NCBI GenBank assembly: GCA_028534125.1
Contig: CM052818.1
Location: 10,232,001 to 10,296,000, forward strand
Reading direction: 5' to 3'
DNA: 64,000 nt
Origin: Lama glama
Taxonomy: Eukaryota
The notes below the pieces were generated by a model, which did not search any database, had not been told where the DNA came from, and worked only from the letters and a program-made list of their open reading frames with translations. A program made the translations under genes and the position numbers. Below are positions 38,748 through 50,410 of the stretch, one piece after another (position 1 is the first letter of the stretch; each line of letters opens with the position of its first letter).

Positions 38748-38785
38748 TGTGAATGTGTGTGTGTGTATGTGTGTGCATGCATGCA
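38748..38785. repeat. Imperfect (TG)n
   Basis: Directly visible. Confidence 0.8.
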
Positions 38786-39824
38786 CCATTTATTTGGGGG
38801 ATACTATTTAATTCCTTAATTCCTATGAAGTAATTTGGAAGCTTTTTTTTCCCTTTCTTTTTATGAGAGAAGAAAATTGGCAACAAAAATTCCTGCTACT
38901 GAGGAAAAGAGTGAGGCTTCCTAGAGTGGGGGCAGTGCCAAAGTTTATGTCTTGATGCAGGTAGAGGATCAAAGGAATCAGGGCAGAGAAAAGAGATGGT
39001 GACTCTGTGTCAGGGCTAGAAATAGCAGGATAGCAAGGAGGCTGCTGGACACAAGCTTCAGGATGATTCAGATGCAAAGCAGCCTGAATGCCAGGGGAAA
39101 GCATGGCATGTGGTTTGAGTGAAATCCATGGCTTTCTTGGGTGCTGCAGTGGTTGAGGATGGAGGTAAAGTTTTTCTGTAAGTTTGAATGACACACCAGA
39201 ATTTTAGGGAAATAACTTTTTTTATAATTTTTTTTAACCAATCGCTGGATCTTTTTCAGTGAATGGGGTGCTGGTTGACCTGCTCGGACGCCTGTCATTA
39301 CAGAGATTTGTAGGAAGCTCTGAGGAAGCAGGAGGAGGCCAGTTGCCTTGATAGAGACCAGGGGGCATTTCTCTACTGGTCTGAATATTGGAGAGACCTG
39401 AAGTTTTGCATTTAGAACTGGTTCTGGAACCCAGGCTTACTGGCAGCTAAGCAGAGAAGATTTTTGCCAGTTTCTTGTCTCCTACAAATACAATAGTAAC
39501 TCAGAATCTTGGCATTTAACCCTGTGGATATTTGCATGATCACCATTTCATTACCAGTGCTAATGCTCAGCAAAACTGCAAAGTAGGTAAATCTTGCCTT
39601 GGTGCCTTTAGCTTTTGCACTCTCCTCCCTCTTTCCATGCCCCACCCACTCCTCCCAGGCCTCTCACTTCCTTCTTCCCTCTCACCTCTGCCCTGTGCTC
39701 CTTTCCCCTCCTCCACTGAAAATCCCATAGAGAACACAGACTTTAGTCACTTACATCTTAGTTATCTCCCTTCAGACTGTTCGCATCTCTTGTCTTTTTA
39801 AAGGCTCCATCCTTCGTGGAGGGA

Positions 39825-39950
39825 TAGAATGTAACTTCCATGGGGACAGTTAGTTTTGTTAGTTTTGTTCACTGTTGTATCCCCAAGACCTAGCACAGTA
39901 TGCAGCATAGAGTAGACAATCAATACATTTTATTGAATGAATGAATCAAC
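39825..39950 (+). mobile_element. L2 3' end
   Basis: 'ttgttcactgttgtatccccaagacctagcacagt..tcaatacattttattgaatgaatgaat'. Confidence 0.85.
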
Positions 39951-40849
39951 TGAGAGAATTCAAATTTGGGTCAGCCCACAGGGACAGCTTTTCCTTGTTG
40001 GGGTATGTATGTGATGACTGGGGAAAGAGAGGTCCGAGGCCACCCCTGCTGTCTCTGGTGTTTCACATGCAGGCTCCCACCTCCTCAGACCCCCCTGCAT
40101 AAGGCCAATCCCTTAAATAACTGTTTAAAGATGTAACTTTCTTTTGTCAAGCTCTCTGGGATCCTAAAATCCTCTGCTTCGGTTCCTGGCAAACTTTCCG
40201 TACTTTCAGGACAAAGATGGTTTCCTTTTCCACTCTCCCAGGCCCCCAGCTTCATTACTGTGACCTCTTCCAGCGTAGTGGTCAGTGCCTCATGTTCATG
40301 CGCCCCTGGGGGATTGCAGTGCTGCATATGCAATGCCCACCTCTATCCTCACAGAGTCGGGAACGGAACAGCGTCTTCCCTTTCACAAACCTCCAGCGCC
40401 TGCATCTCCTTTGTATGACTGCTTAATAGGAAGATTGATCTGCTTCTGGGAAGGAGCTTGAGGCCTGATCACTCAGTCTTAAAGTCATACCTGCAAAGGA
40501 CAGTTGACCGGAGCTGTCCCCTTCTACGGACTGCCCCTTGTTAAGGTGCGAGATGGAAAGTTGACAATGGAATGAAAATATTTCAGGCTGTTTGGAGAGC
40601 TATTTTTAATATGTGCAAGGGATGTGGTATTCCTTGTTTAGACCATCTTCAATTTGCCAGGGAGCTCTGTGAATGGAAAATGTGAGCCAAAGGCCTGAGG
40701 TGGAAAAGGGAATATAAACGCAGGGGCCCTCACAATCTGGAAATTCACCCGCTGTTCCAGGCTGCTGGGGGTTTGAGTTCTGTCTGTATTAGGGATGGCT
40801 CTTCTTTTATTTCTAGATATTCTCTCTTCATCCTTTCATCTTTGCCAAC

Positions 40850-41340
40850 AGCGAACATCCTTCGGCGTGTAAATACCCATCAGCACCCTGGTCTGCAGGA
40901 CCATCCTAGCCAGCTGTACCATCCACAGTGTATTGTATACATAATGCAACACCATTAACTATAATGCTGTCACACGGTAGAAAGAACGCTTGGGAAGTGC
41001 TGGGAGGAAGGCAGGAAGCTGCTGACCGGCTGGCTTTCCTTTATATAATCATAAACTCAAACCCACATTGCTCTGAAAGCAAGAAAAATCACCCAACCAC
41101 CTTTTGATTACACTTTTACACAAATTAATGTCATTTTCCTTTCCAGCAGTATTGACTACAGGATTCAATTTGGTCCAGCAGGCGCTGGGTAACGGGAAGG
41201 CTGCTAAGAGCTGCTGTGTTAACAGCATCCCTCTAGAGAAAGGATTCTCTGAGGAGTCTGAGAGGAAAGAGGGAGAAGAAGATGATTTAGAAGAAGAGAA
41301 GGGGGAAGAACTTGCGCGCACGCACACACACACTTACACA
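40850..41340 (+). promoter_or_regulatory. Candidate non-CpG-island promoter region
   Basis: Unique TE-free sequence; TATATAA at 41042-41048; polypurine tract 41250-41310; (CG)/(CA) alternating tract 41314-41344 directly before a local CpG cluster. Inference only; the TSS cannot be determined. Confidence 0.45.
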
Positions 41341-41642
41341 CACGTCTCCCTGGGTGCTGTGGCGGCGGCTGCCTCCGTGCGTCTAAGATGGCACCTTGGT
41401 GCCCTGCCACATTTGGTCTCCTTGGTACCGAAGCGGTGCTCAGCTTCTTGTCACTGAGTGGATGGTGATTATCTGCACCAGGGTCTCAAGGGTGCTCAAG
41501 CTTTGCTGGCGATTGGAGCTGAGATGCTTCAGCTGAAGGATTTTAAAAGCTGTACAAGGCCAAATAACCATTACCAGTCACTTGCTGTGTGATGCCTGCT
41601 GAAGAAGGGGTGGGTGTGGAAAGGAGGTGTTAGGGGGTGCAG
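41308..41642 (+). other. Candidate non-coding first exon of a large gene (start uncertain)
   Basis: 10 CpGs in 41311-41440 against a CpG-poor background; YY1-type AAGATGGC at 41385-41392; donors GGG|GTGGGT (GT at 41610) and CAG|GTGAGG (GT at 41643); no long ORF. Confidence 0.45.
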
Positions 41643-42549
41643 GTGAGGGGAGGGCATGAGATCTTTATCCCCTCCTGTTCACACTGTCTCCCGCTCCTCC
41701 CACCTTTCCACCTCCCCACGCCTTTTTAGCCCCTGTACCCTTGCTGAGCCACGACAAGGTTATGTCATTGTGGTCTGAGAATCTATTGATCACGGCCATC
41801 AAAGATCTTTGCAGAGTTTAGGGATTTGGGGCTTTGCATAACACCCCACTCATCTTGGTTAACTCCTCCTATCCCGGCCTAGGCTCCCACCACCTCAGAG
41901 CTGAGTTTTTGGCAAAACTGTCTAATTTCTGTGATAGCTGCTTTCCCAACTATACTCATAAAGCTGTCGAAAGCATTGTAATTGCTATTATAACAGAGCT
42001 CAGGTGTACGACCTGGGCAGTGAAGAAGCAGAAGGATTGGACCAGATGTAACAAAAGGAAAAAACTACCTATAGATGCTACCTGCCCCCAGCAAACTTGC
42101 ACACGCACGCACTTATGTGTGTGCATGCACAGATACATATGCATGCGTTTGTTGGTCTTCCTTTCAGAGGACCACAAAAGAAAGGCTCAATTAGCATGAA
42201 GGAGTGTGTTGATCTCTGACCCAGGTGATTTTGCTTTTTAATCTGAGAAAAATAAGAGAAATGCCAGAAACTACTGAGTTACAGTCTCACATCCTGCAGC
42301 ATGTAAAACTTTTCAGTGAATATTTATTGAGCATAAAGTGACAGCTAACACTGTTCTAGGTGCTGGGGCTCAAGCAGTATACCAAAGAGACCAAGCCCTT
42401 GCCCACATAGAGCTGATATTCTGGATGCACTGACCCAAAACATTCTGGATGCCTGTCTTCAAAGTCTGTGAGCAGCTGAGACCCCCAACCCCTGTAACCA
42501 AAGGATGACTGCCATCAGTATTGCCCTTGATATGATTTGCGCGTGCAGA

Positions 42550-42550
<1 letters not shown>

Positions 42551-42580
<30 letters not shown>
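42551..42580. repeat. (AC)15 microsatellite
   Basis: Directly visible. Confidence 0.97.
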
Positions 42581-42583
<3 letters not shown>

Positions 42584-45500
42584 TACACAGGCATGCACTC
42601 ATCACAGGCTTTAATAATGCAAGGGTGAGAAAATAATACTGGGACCTGCAAAAGTGAAAAACTAAAATGTCCCCAACCCATGAGCCTTGGAGAAAAGTTA
42701 TGCTAGTTTTTCAGCCTGATTGTCTGCTGTGCCATGGGAGGCATTTGTGTGAGCAAGACTCTGTCCACTTGAAAGAACAATCACAGGGACTTGTAGTGCA
42801 TGGAAAAGTCCACTTCTTACAGTAAGTGAGAGGTGACATTTCCCTGGAAGGTACCTGATGGGCAGTACCTGACCACAGATTTCCCAGGACAGAGAAGGGA
42901 GGGTGGCATAGAACACAGACATGGGTGTGAGTGGAGTGATCCTGGATAGGAGGCTCAACAAGGATGTAGAGGAAGAGGCCAGGGCTTGAGGGCACCACTG
43001 TGCTGGGAAAAAGACATGGGGTGCCCTTCTCGAATGCAGAGCATTACCAAGCCCAAGACTGTGGCCCTCAGTACCCCAGCCTAGGTGGGTCAGAGTGTCC
43101 AGATGCCCAGGGACTAGAACCCACAGCCTGACCAGAGATTGCAGGCTTCTGTCCATAGCTGGCAGCGGAGAAGCCTCTGCTTGTTCCTCTCTCCTCTAGC
43201 ACTGGGTGTCACTGCAGCGAACATGCATTCCTTTAGAGACTCTCTCAGAGCTTACTTAGAATTAATCACCTGGCTGGGAAGGGGGAGAGGTGGAGGCTGG
43301 AGGGAGAGCAAGTCAAAAGTAGGGGAGAGAGGGGCTATCCCAGCTCAGCAGTTCCCAAACCCCCTCAGAATCTGGCGCTTCCTCCTCTGCTGTCCTAAAA
43401 GCCTCATTTGTGGAGCCGGACTCAATGCCTTGGCCAAGTCCAGATGTTTTATGCATTAGCGCATTGCCTTTGAAAATGTTGGGGACTCTAGGTTGGAATC
43501 CCATGCACTTAAACTTACAGTGGGACAGCAGAGTATTCCTAGCAGCTTTGAGGGGTGGTGGCATTTGTGTCATTGCCTCAGAATCAAGGGGATACTGGGT
43601 CTGGACTCTACAATGGGAATGAGGAGCTCTTGGTTGGCAGCCTCACTATCTGACCTGGTGCCCCAATCCCAGAACTCCTATTTGGCTGGGAGCTGGCAGA
43701 GGGTCACTGCAGCACATAGCATGATCCCTGCAGAGGGGAGAAGAAAGAGCTTCTTTTCTCTTCCTCTCCTCTCCTTTCTTTCTTTTTCTTTTCTCTCTTC
43801 TCTTCTCTGTCTTTATACTATCTTTAGAGTTGGGGGGCTGAATTTTGGGTGGTTCTCAAAAGGCACCTTGTTGTGGTTAGGCATGTTCTCTCCCTAGTGC
43901 ATTTGAATCACACAGTGACTTTATTCATGAGGTCACTCCTTTCAAGGCAGTTGATCATGCAGTGACGAGTCTAGGTCCACAGTGAAATCATTACTAGTCA
44001 AGCCGAAATCAGGGGTGTGGGCAAGAGAAGCTGACATCTTTCTTCAGAAAGGATTTATTTTTAAGTAATGAGAAGAAGACAAGCCTTGTGTGGATGTGAG
44101 TGTGTGTGAGCATCATCCATGGACCGTAACACGGCATAACTCTGCGTGAACGCAGTAAGCAACTTGAACTTGGTCTTTGTGATCCCTTCTATTTTTATAA
44201 TAAATGGAAACATAAAAACAGAGTTGCTAAACCCCAGCCCCACCTCCAGAAGTCTCCCCTTCTTCTCTCCTCCTCCCCTTTTTCCTCCCTCTTCCTCTTC
44301 CCTCCTTCTGCTCCTCCAGTCTCCCTCCTCCTTGTCAGACAGTTTCACTTCTGTCATGTTTTATCATTTCTTCTTCAGGTTTTTTTCCCCTTACTGAATA
44401 CCTTTGTAATGAGGAGTGGGCTTCCTCCCCACCTCTTCTCACTTCTGCCATTTTGTGATCTTGCTGTTTTAATGAGAACACAGTCAATAACTATGGAGAG
44501 GTGCTGACGACATTACAAAGGAACTTGCCCTTAACAAGTCAACTGTAGATGAGGTGCCAACGGGATGGACAAGAGGATTAAAGTATTTATGCCAAAATAT
44601 TAGAAGCACACGCAGAATTAGTTCTCCCGTGTTAGATATTTTACTTTTGGCAAGTCCGTATTTAAAAATCTTTTATCCTTGTTTTGCTTAAAGTATTACA
44701 ATAAGCCCTGGATTTTTCACAGTTACACTTGTATATTTTCACAGCTGTTTTAATCAGAAAAAATTAATGTGCTTTTGATAGCTCAGAAATCTATCACTAG
44801 CAAGAGCTTTGCAAAAAAATGTGCTACAGAGCAGAGTGGAATCCTCAACATTATATATTTTGCTGGCTATTTGAAATTCATAGAATTTCCCCTAAATATT
44901 TCCTTTTGCAATTCTTGCCTAAATTAATCTAACAGCTCAGGCTGACTTCTTTGAAAATCTCTTTTGTTATGAATGCAGGGATTGCTATTGTTAACATTCT
45001 TTGGGAACCAAACATGAACTGTCTGTTATTGGAGGAAAATACAGTTTCTATTTTTGCTTCTATCGGAAGTATTTACTCAAATAAAATATACAACATAATG
45101 GAAAGGCAGGACTAGCAGTCTCCTTGATGGCTTTATGGCCACTGGCTTAGCTACAGTGCTCCCCTGGATTTTCATGAGTAGCATAGAAGAGAACTTGACT
45201 TTTGCCTCCTCAGGTCTGGGACACATACAGATCCACAGACGCACACTTGAGTATCAGGCGTGGTGAGTACGTATGGTCTTGGATTCAAATGCTAGGCACA
45301 CATCCTGCACAGTGCAAGAGAAGAAACTACTGAGAGTGAAGTTCTGTGGCTGCACATCAGTGATAATAACAATATCCACAATAATTAAGAAGAAAACTAA
45401 ATTTAAAAAACTTGCAACAAGGGAAGGGAAAGATGGGGAAGGAACAAAAGAGATGAACAAAGTCTTGGTTGCCCCTGTCTGCCTGGCAAAGAAGAGGCTG

Positions 45501-46819
45501 ATTTCCAGGAGAGGGAGAATCAGTGGATTAATGTGAACTTTAATACTGAAGCAGTGTGTATTTATTGCTGGTGACCACAAGACATAAATCTTGCAAGCAC
45601 AATATACAATACGATGCAGCCCCCGTTTTTTCCCCCGTCTCCAGTCTCAATTTGTGTGTAAGTGTGTTAAGTGCTGTTGAAAAATAGTGACCTTTAATAA
45701 AGGATTGTATCCTGTGACTATTTTCCCAGACACACAGTGACCTTTCAAACCAGACTGAGGTGAGGGGGTGTGGAGTTTGGACTTTGAACCGGCCAGACCC
45801 CGCTGTGCTCCTCTGTTAGCCTGGCCACTTTTTATTGTGTCACCAGGGAGCATTCTGTATGCAAAGCAGGCCAGGCTGGCAGCCTGAACCTTTGCAAATC
45901 AATTTGTCTGTGAAGGCGAGTCCACTGGAGTGAAAGATGGTCTAACAGGGCACACTGCCCCCTCTCTTTGTGACATCATCGCCTGTGGTACTCTTGTCAG
46001 TCATGTCTGCCCAAAGGACTGCTGGAAGGAGGGGGAATGCTGGGGCGGGGGGTGAGGGGTGGGAGGGGTTAATCCTCACGACCAACTGCAGCCTGAGAGA
46101 CAAGAGGCGGTCTTCTTACTAGGACAGAGCTGGTGGGTAGACGATTAGTCTGCCTGGCTGGGAGGGTGATGAGGGAGGGCCATTTATACCTGATACTGTT
46201 TCCTGGCTGCGTTGCTTACTGTTGCCTCTTCCTCCTGATCTCAGCATGTTATAGGAGGGGATTATTAGCAACCTTGGACCAGGAGAGAGCTTGGGTTGGA
46301 GGAAATGTTAAAGATGGCAGTAGCATGAAAGTTTTTCTCCCACCCCACCCCCTGCCAATAGCACTGGCATCCACCAACTCTAACCTTTGGCTGTTTTCCA
46401 TCGAAGACCCTGAGCTACAATCCCTTCTCATAGCAAACCTTTTCATAAGGGTTAATATTATTATTGATCTCCCTAAGTCTTTCCAACACCTAGGACTCTA
46501 CATTAATCAGTAGCTAAAAAATGCCAGGAAAGACAGAAAAATTCAATTACTTTGTTCCCTGATTCAGATTTCTTTGAGAAGTTTCTCTAAAGATGTGGAA
46601 ATCCTACATTTTTCATAAAATAGTGGTTAGATCAATTCCTGTGTAAGCAATTAATCATCTTTATACTCCATAAAAGATGGGGAGCAAAGTTTGACCTACT
46701 ACAGCAATGCTGACTGATCAGTCTCCTGGTGAGCAGCCTGGTGGGAGGACCTCAAACTCCTGATTTGTGTGTTGGTTTAAAATGTAACCCTCCTTGGAAT
46801 CCTTGAAGAAGAGGAGTAC

Positions 46820-47222
46820 ATGGGGGTGGCCACTGAGATGGGCTCTGGAGCTAGACGAGCTTGAATTCTAGTTCTCGCTTGGTCACTTGCCAAATTATGG
46901 GAACTTTGTCCAGTTACCAATTTCCTTTAAGCCTTGGTTTCTTCATCTGTAAGATGGGAATGATAGTAAGAGCTAAGTCATGGGATTTTGGTGAGAATTA
47001 AAAGTTAGGGCAAGGGTGAGAGGGTATAGCTCAGTGGTAGAGTGCTTGCTTAGCATGCAAGAGATCCTGGGTTCAATCCCCAGTACCTCCATTAAAAAAT
47101 TAACAAATAAATAAATAAACCGAATTACCACTCCCCCAAACACATTAAAACAAAAGTTAAGGCATATATGATGCTTAACAGAGTGCTGGCACACAGCACT
47201 CAGTAAGTGTTAGCCCTGGTAG
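46820..47222 (+). mobile_element. MIR split by a SINE insertion
   Basis: 'gggctctggagctagac..gccttggtttcttcatctgtaagatggg..gtgagaatta', resuming after the SINE with 'gcttaacagagtgctggcacacagcactcagtaagtgttagc'. Confidence 0.85.
47013..47151 (+). mobile_element. tRNA-Ala(AGC)-derived SINE (camelid Vic-type)
   Basis: A box TAGCTCAGTGG (47027-47037), B box GGTTCAATCCC (47070-47080), TTAGCAT anticodon loop, (AAAT)n tail; TSD aaaagttagggca (47000-47012) / aaaagttaaggca (47152-47164) at a TT|AAAA site. Confidence 0.93.
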
Positions 47223-49987
47223 TAGCAACATATGAGATGATTACTGAGGTAAAGTACCAAACAGAATGTAATTGTACACATGGATGAAGTACAATTAGGG
47301 TTTTGAATAGCTTTATCATCCACAAGACACTTGTTTCATTTTGAAGATTTTTGGATGTTTGGGCAGAAGTTGTGTTTCATTTGGCAGATTATCATATTGG
47401 ATTTAAGGCTATTGACATATGCACCATATATGTAGCATTTATATATATATATATAAAATATTTGTGCTAGACACACATCATTTTTTTCTGACTTATCAAT
47501 CTGTTTTCAGTGATAAACCCCAAACATAGGACACTAAAATTTATTTGTGTATCATGTCCTTTCTACAAGAGATCACAGGATGATTTGCAGAGAGTCAGTG
47601 GTGAGCTGACAGAGAGAAAACGTTTTTGGGAACAGGATTAGAGAGGGGAAGTCACTGTGAGGCAAGACCAGCCATCCCTCTGTAAAGAGCACAGACGTGA
47701 TTGACACGACCTCAAGTCTGAAAGAAAAATTCCGAAAACTATATAATTTGTAAGTTGAGTTTCACTGTAAAAGTGGTGAAGGGGAATTCGTTGAATATAT
47801 TTCATTTTGAGGGGAATATTTTTTACTGACCCTTTTATTTAGGAACTCACAATCAAGGGAGAAGTAATGGGGGATTTGGGAAGGAATATGGACACAGGCA
47901 GGCATTTCAGAGAGGCCCAAGGTAAGATGGAATATTCTAGGTGATGAAAAGGAAGTATTAGAAGCAAAAAGCTAAGAATGAGGTCAAATGTCAGATACTG
48001 GCACCAAAATCCTAGGATATCTTAAAAACTAATAAAACACAACAAACAAACAATCTCCCAAACAGATAATACAGAAACAGCAACAAAACAGTCCTTTTGG
48101 CCACAAGTTAGTGGTGTAAAATGAAAACCTTGAAAGAGCAAGTGAAACAAGAGAAGAGAAACAAGAAAACCCTTATACTTAGCATCCCTTATGAAGCACT
48201 GAAGACTTTGGGACTGAAAGAAGATACAGTGTTTAGTATGGAAGCAATTAATGATTGATTCCAGAAAATGAAGAGAAGATGATAAGAGCAGGACATACAG
48301 GTCCGGTAGGATCTTGCTTTCTCATTTCTGGGTCCAATTATCCAAGGGGTAAGGTCGTATTTCCTGGATAATAAAACTAGGTCGTTCCAAAGCCTAACCC
48401 GACATAAGCAGCGTCTGAGGTGGGCAGCTCTCTGGCCCCTTGGCTTCAGCTCACCTTACAGAGTTCCATTGCACTTCCTACATGAGAGGTGAATTGCAGT
48501 CATGGTAGCCAAGCCTGAATGAGGCCAGGCTGAGAAGCAGGACAAGGGAGAGTAACTTGTTGGGAAAAGATGAGCAGAAACTGTTCTTAGGAAGGCTGGC
48601 AGTGTTGATACCATTAATAGAGCTTGGGCACAATGCTTCCAGTGTACCCTGAGGCTGAGTTGGAAAAAGTGGTGTGGGAAGCTGGGAGCAATACGGCCTC
48701 TTTGAACTTGTTAGATTCTGCTCTGTTTTCCTTAGACATTGGAAAACCCTTGTTGAATTGTCTCTTTCAACGGCTTATGAATCAAAGGGATTACATTATC
48801 TCCAAGGCCTCTTCTACAGCGAGAGAAAGTTGATGACTATTATCAACTGGAATCATGGAGAAAAATGAGAAGAGATTAGGAATCCATAATGAGACAAAAG
48901 GAGGGCATTTGTCACCTAGGGCAGGGCAGCCATTCACCAGACAGAAGTGAAAGTCTCGCTGAAAGTGATCTGGGAGGTGGTGGCCCACTGTGCTGGTAGC
49001 ACCACTGATCTTTAGTAGGGAAAGGAAACTCTGACACTGTCTTTCCCCCTCTGTGCACAAAGGAAGGATCATAGAGACATCTTCTGCTGTTGTCCTGGCC
49101 ATGCCATTTGTTCTGACAGGGGTCATGTTTCAGGATCCAGTCCAGTTTGGCACTCTCAATGTCCCTGAGGCGTGAACATCTTAATCAGTTTAAGGCAATG
49201 TGTATGAGAAAAGTAAGAAATGGAAAAGAGCAGGGCCTCTTACCCTAATATACTCAAATTGGTGATTTTCATTATTCATTAAATGAGAAGCCAGTGGCTC
49301 GTCTGGCACCTCTAACAGCAGAGTGGGAGCTCCCTGGTGGTTTCCACCTGCTCAGACAGGCTGCAGGATGCTTGCGATTCCTGGACAAGGTGCCGGGTGC
49401 ATTGTATGAGATCATCTCAGGTAGTGTAACTAGCACAGTGCCTGATGAGGACAAGGTGCCCAATAGGTGGGAACTGTCTCATTGGGCTCCTACACTTAAT
49501 TGTACCCTGTCTTTTCAGTCTCAGTGTGATACCTTGAGGGCAGGGCCCATATCTACAGTACCATTCCCCAGACCCTAGGACTAGACTGGCATGCAGTGGC
49601 CAGAAACTCGGCACATGGGATGATCTTGCCATCTTGAGTATCGAAGGGGTGGAGGAAGGAGGAAAAGAGGCTCTAGAAAAGATCCCCCAGCTATTGGGAA
49701 GGGGAGTATGGAGGTGGTAGAAGAGGACAGATAGGTGGTTAATATTTTTTCTGAATCTCAATGAACTTTCTCCAAGTATCTTTCCTGCTTAGAGCTTACC
49801 TGATCTCCACAAGGGCCATGGAAAGCTGCTCGGGCTGGGCACTTGTCTGGATCCTATAGCTGTGAATATGAATGTCCTGGAGCAGTGCAGATCCTCAGTT
49901 AGATGAGTGAAGACTAAGAACCAAAGACCTTTACCCTGTGTAGCACTCTGCCTTTTTGCAAGTGCATTCATAAAGTGGATCTCCAGG

Positions 49988-50160
49988 TAGAGTTCGAGGT
50001 AAGGTACAAAACACCCAGTTATATTTGAATTTCAGGCAAATAACGAATAATCTTTTAACTTATGTTTGCCCAGAATATTGCATGGGACATACTTAGACTA
50101 AACGATTATTTGTCATTTATCTGAAATTCAAATGTAGTTGGGTTTCCTGTGCTTTCTGTT
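49988..50160. mobile_element. MER53 palindromic hAT MITE
   Basis: 'cccagttatatttgaatttcag..tgggacatactta..ctgaaattcaaatgtagttggg' matches the MER53 palindrome. Confidence 0.88.
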
Positions 50161-50189
50161 CTTTCCCCTTAAGTCTTCCAGGTGGAAGA

Positions 50190-50410
50190 CTGACTTAATG
50201 GTTAAAGCAAAAACACTGTTAATACAGATGTTGTTTGTACTCCAGGCTTTGTAACTTAACTAGATTTATGTCTTTGGGTAAGATTTCTTTTTAAAAATGC
50301 TAACAGAGTTTTCTTGTGTGTGCTAGGCCACACAGTGAGGAGGTAATGAGAGAACTCATGCATAGGCTCAGCCTGCAGTGACTGCGAAGAGGGTTGTAGT
50401 TACTTTCTTA
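50190..50410 (+). mobile_element. MIR (degraded)
   Basis: 'tggttaaagca..gtctttgggtaagattt..gtgaggaggtaatgagagaactcatg'. Confidence 0.5.

Noticed and set aside
41104..41457. 117-aa ORF with an acidic EESERKEGEEDDLEEEKGEE stretch
   Set aside because: TTG start; the acidic run is just the polypurine tract and THTHT is the CA repeat; no recognisable protein family.
42088..42155. Hairpin around gtgcatgcac as a pre-miRNA
   Set aside because: Explained by self-complementarity of degenerate CA/TG/TA repeats.
44255..44380. Polypyrimidine tract with cag as a splice acceptor
   Set aside because: No convincing donor at exon distance; CT-rich tracts are common here (39620-39715, 43750-43810).
47020..47091. 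tRNA-Ala(AGC) gene
   Set aside because: It has a SINE tail, a TSD, a broken acceptor stem and a second dispersed copy, so it is a SINE and not a functional tRNA.
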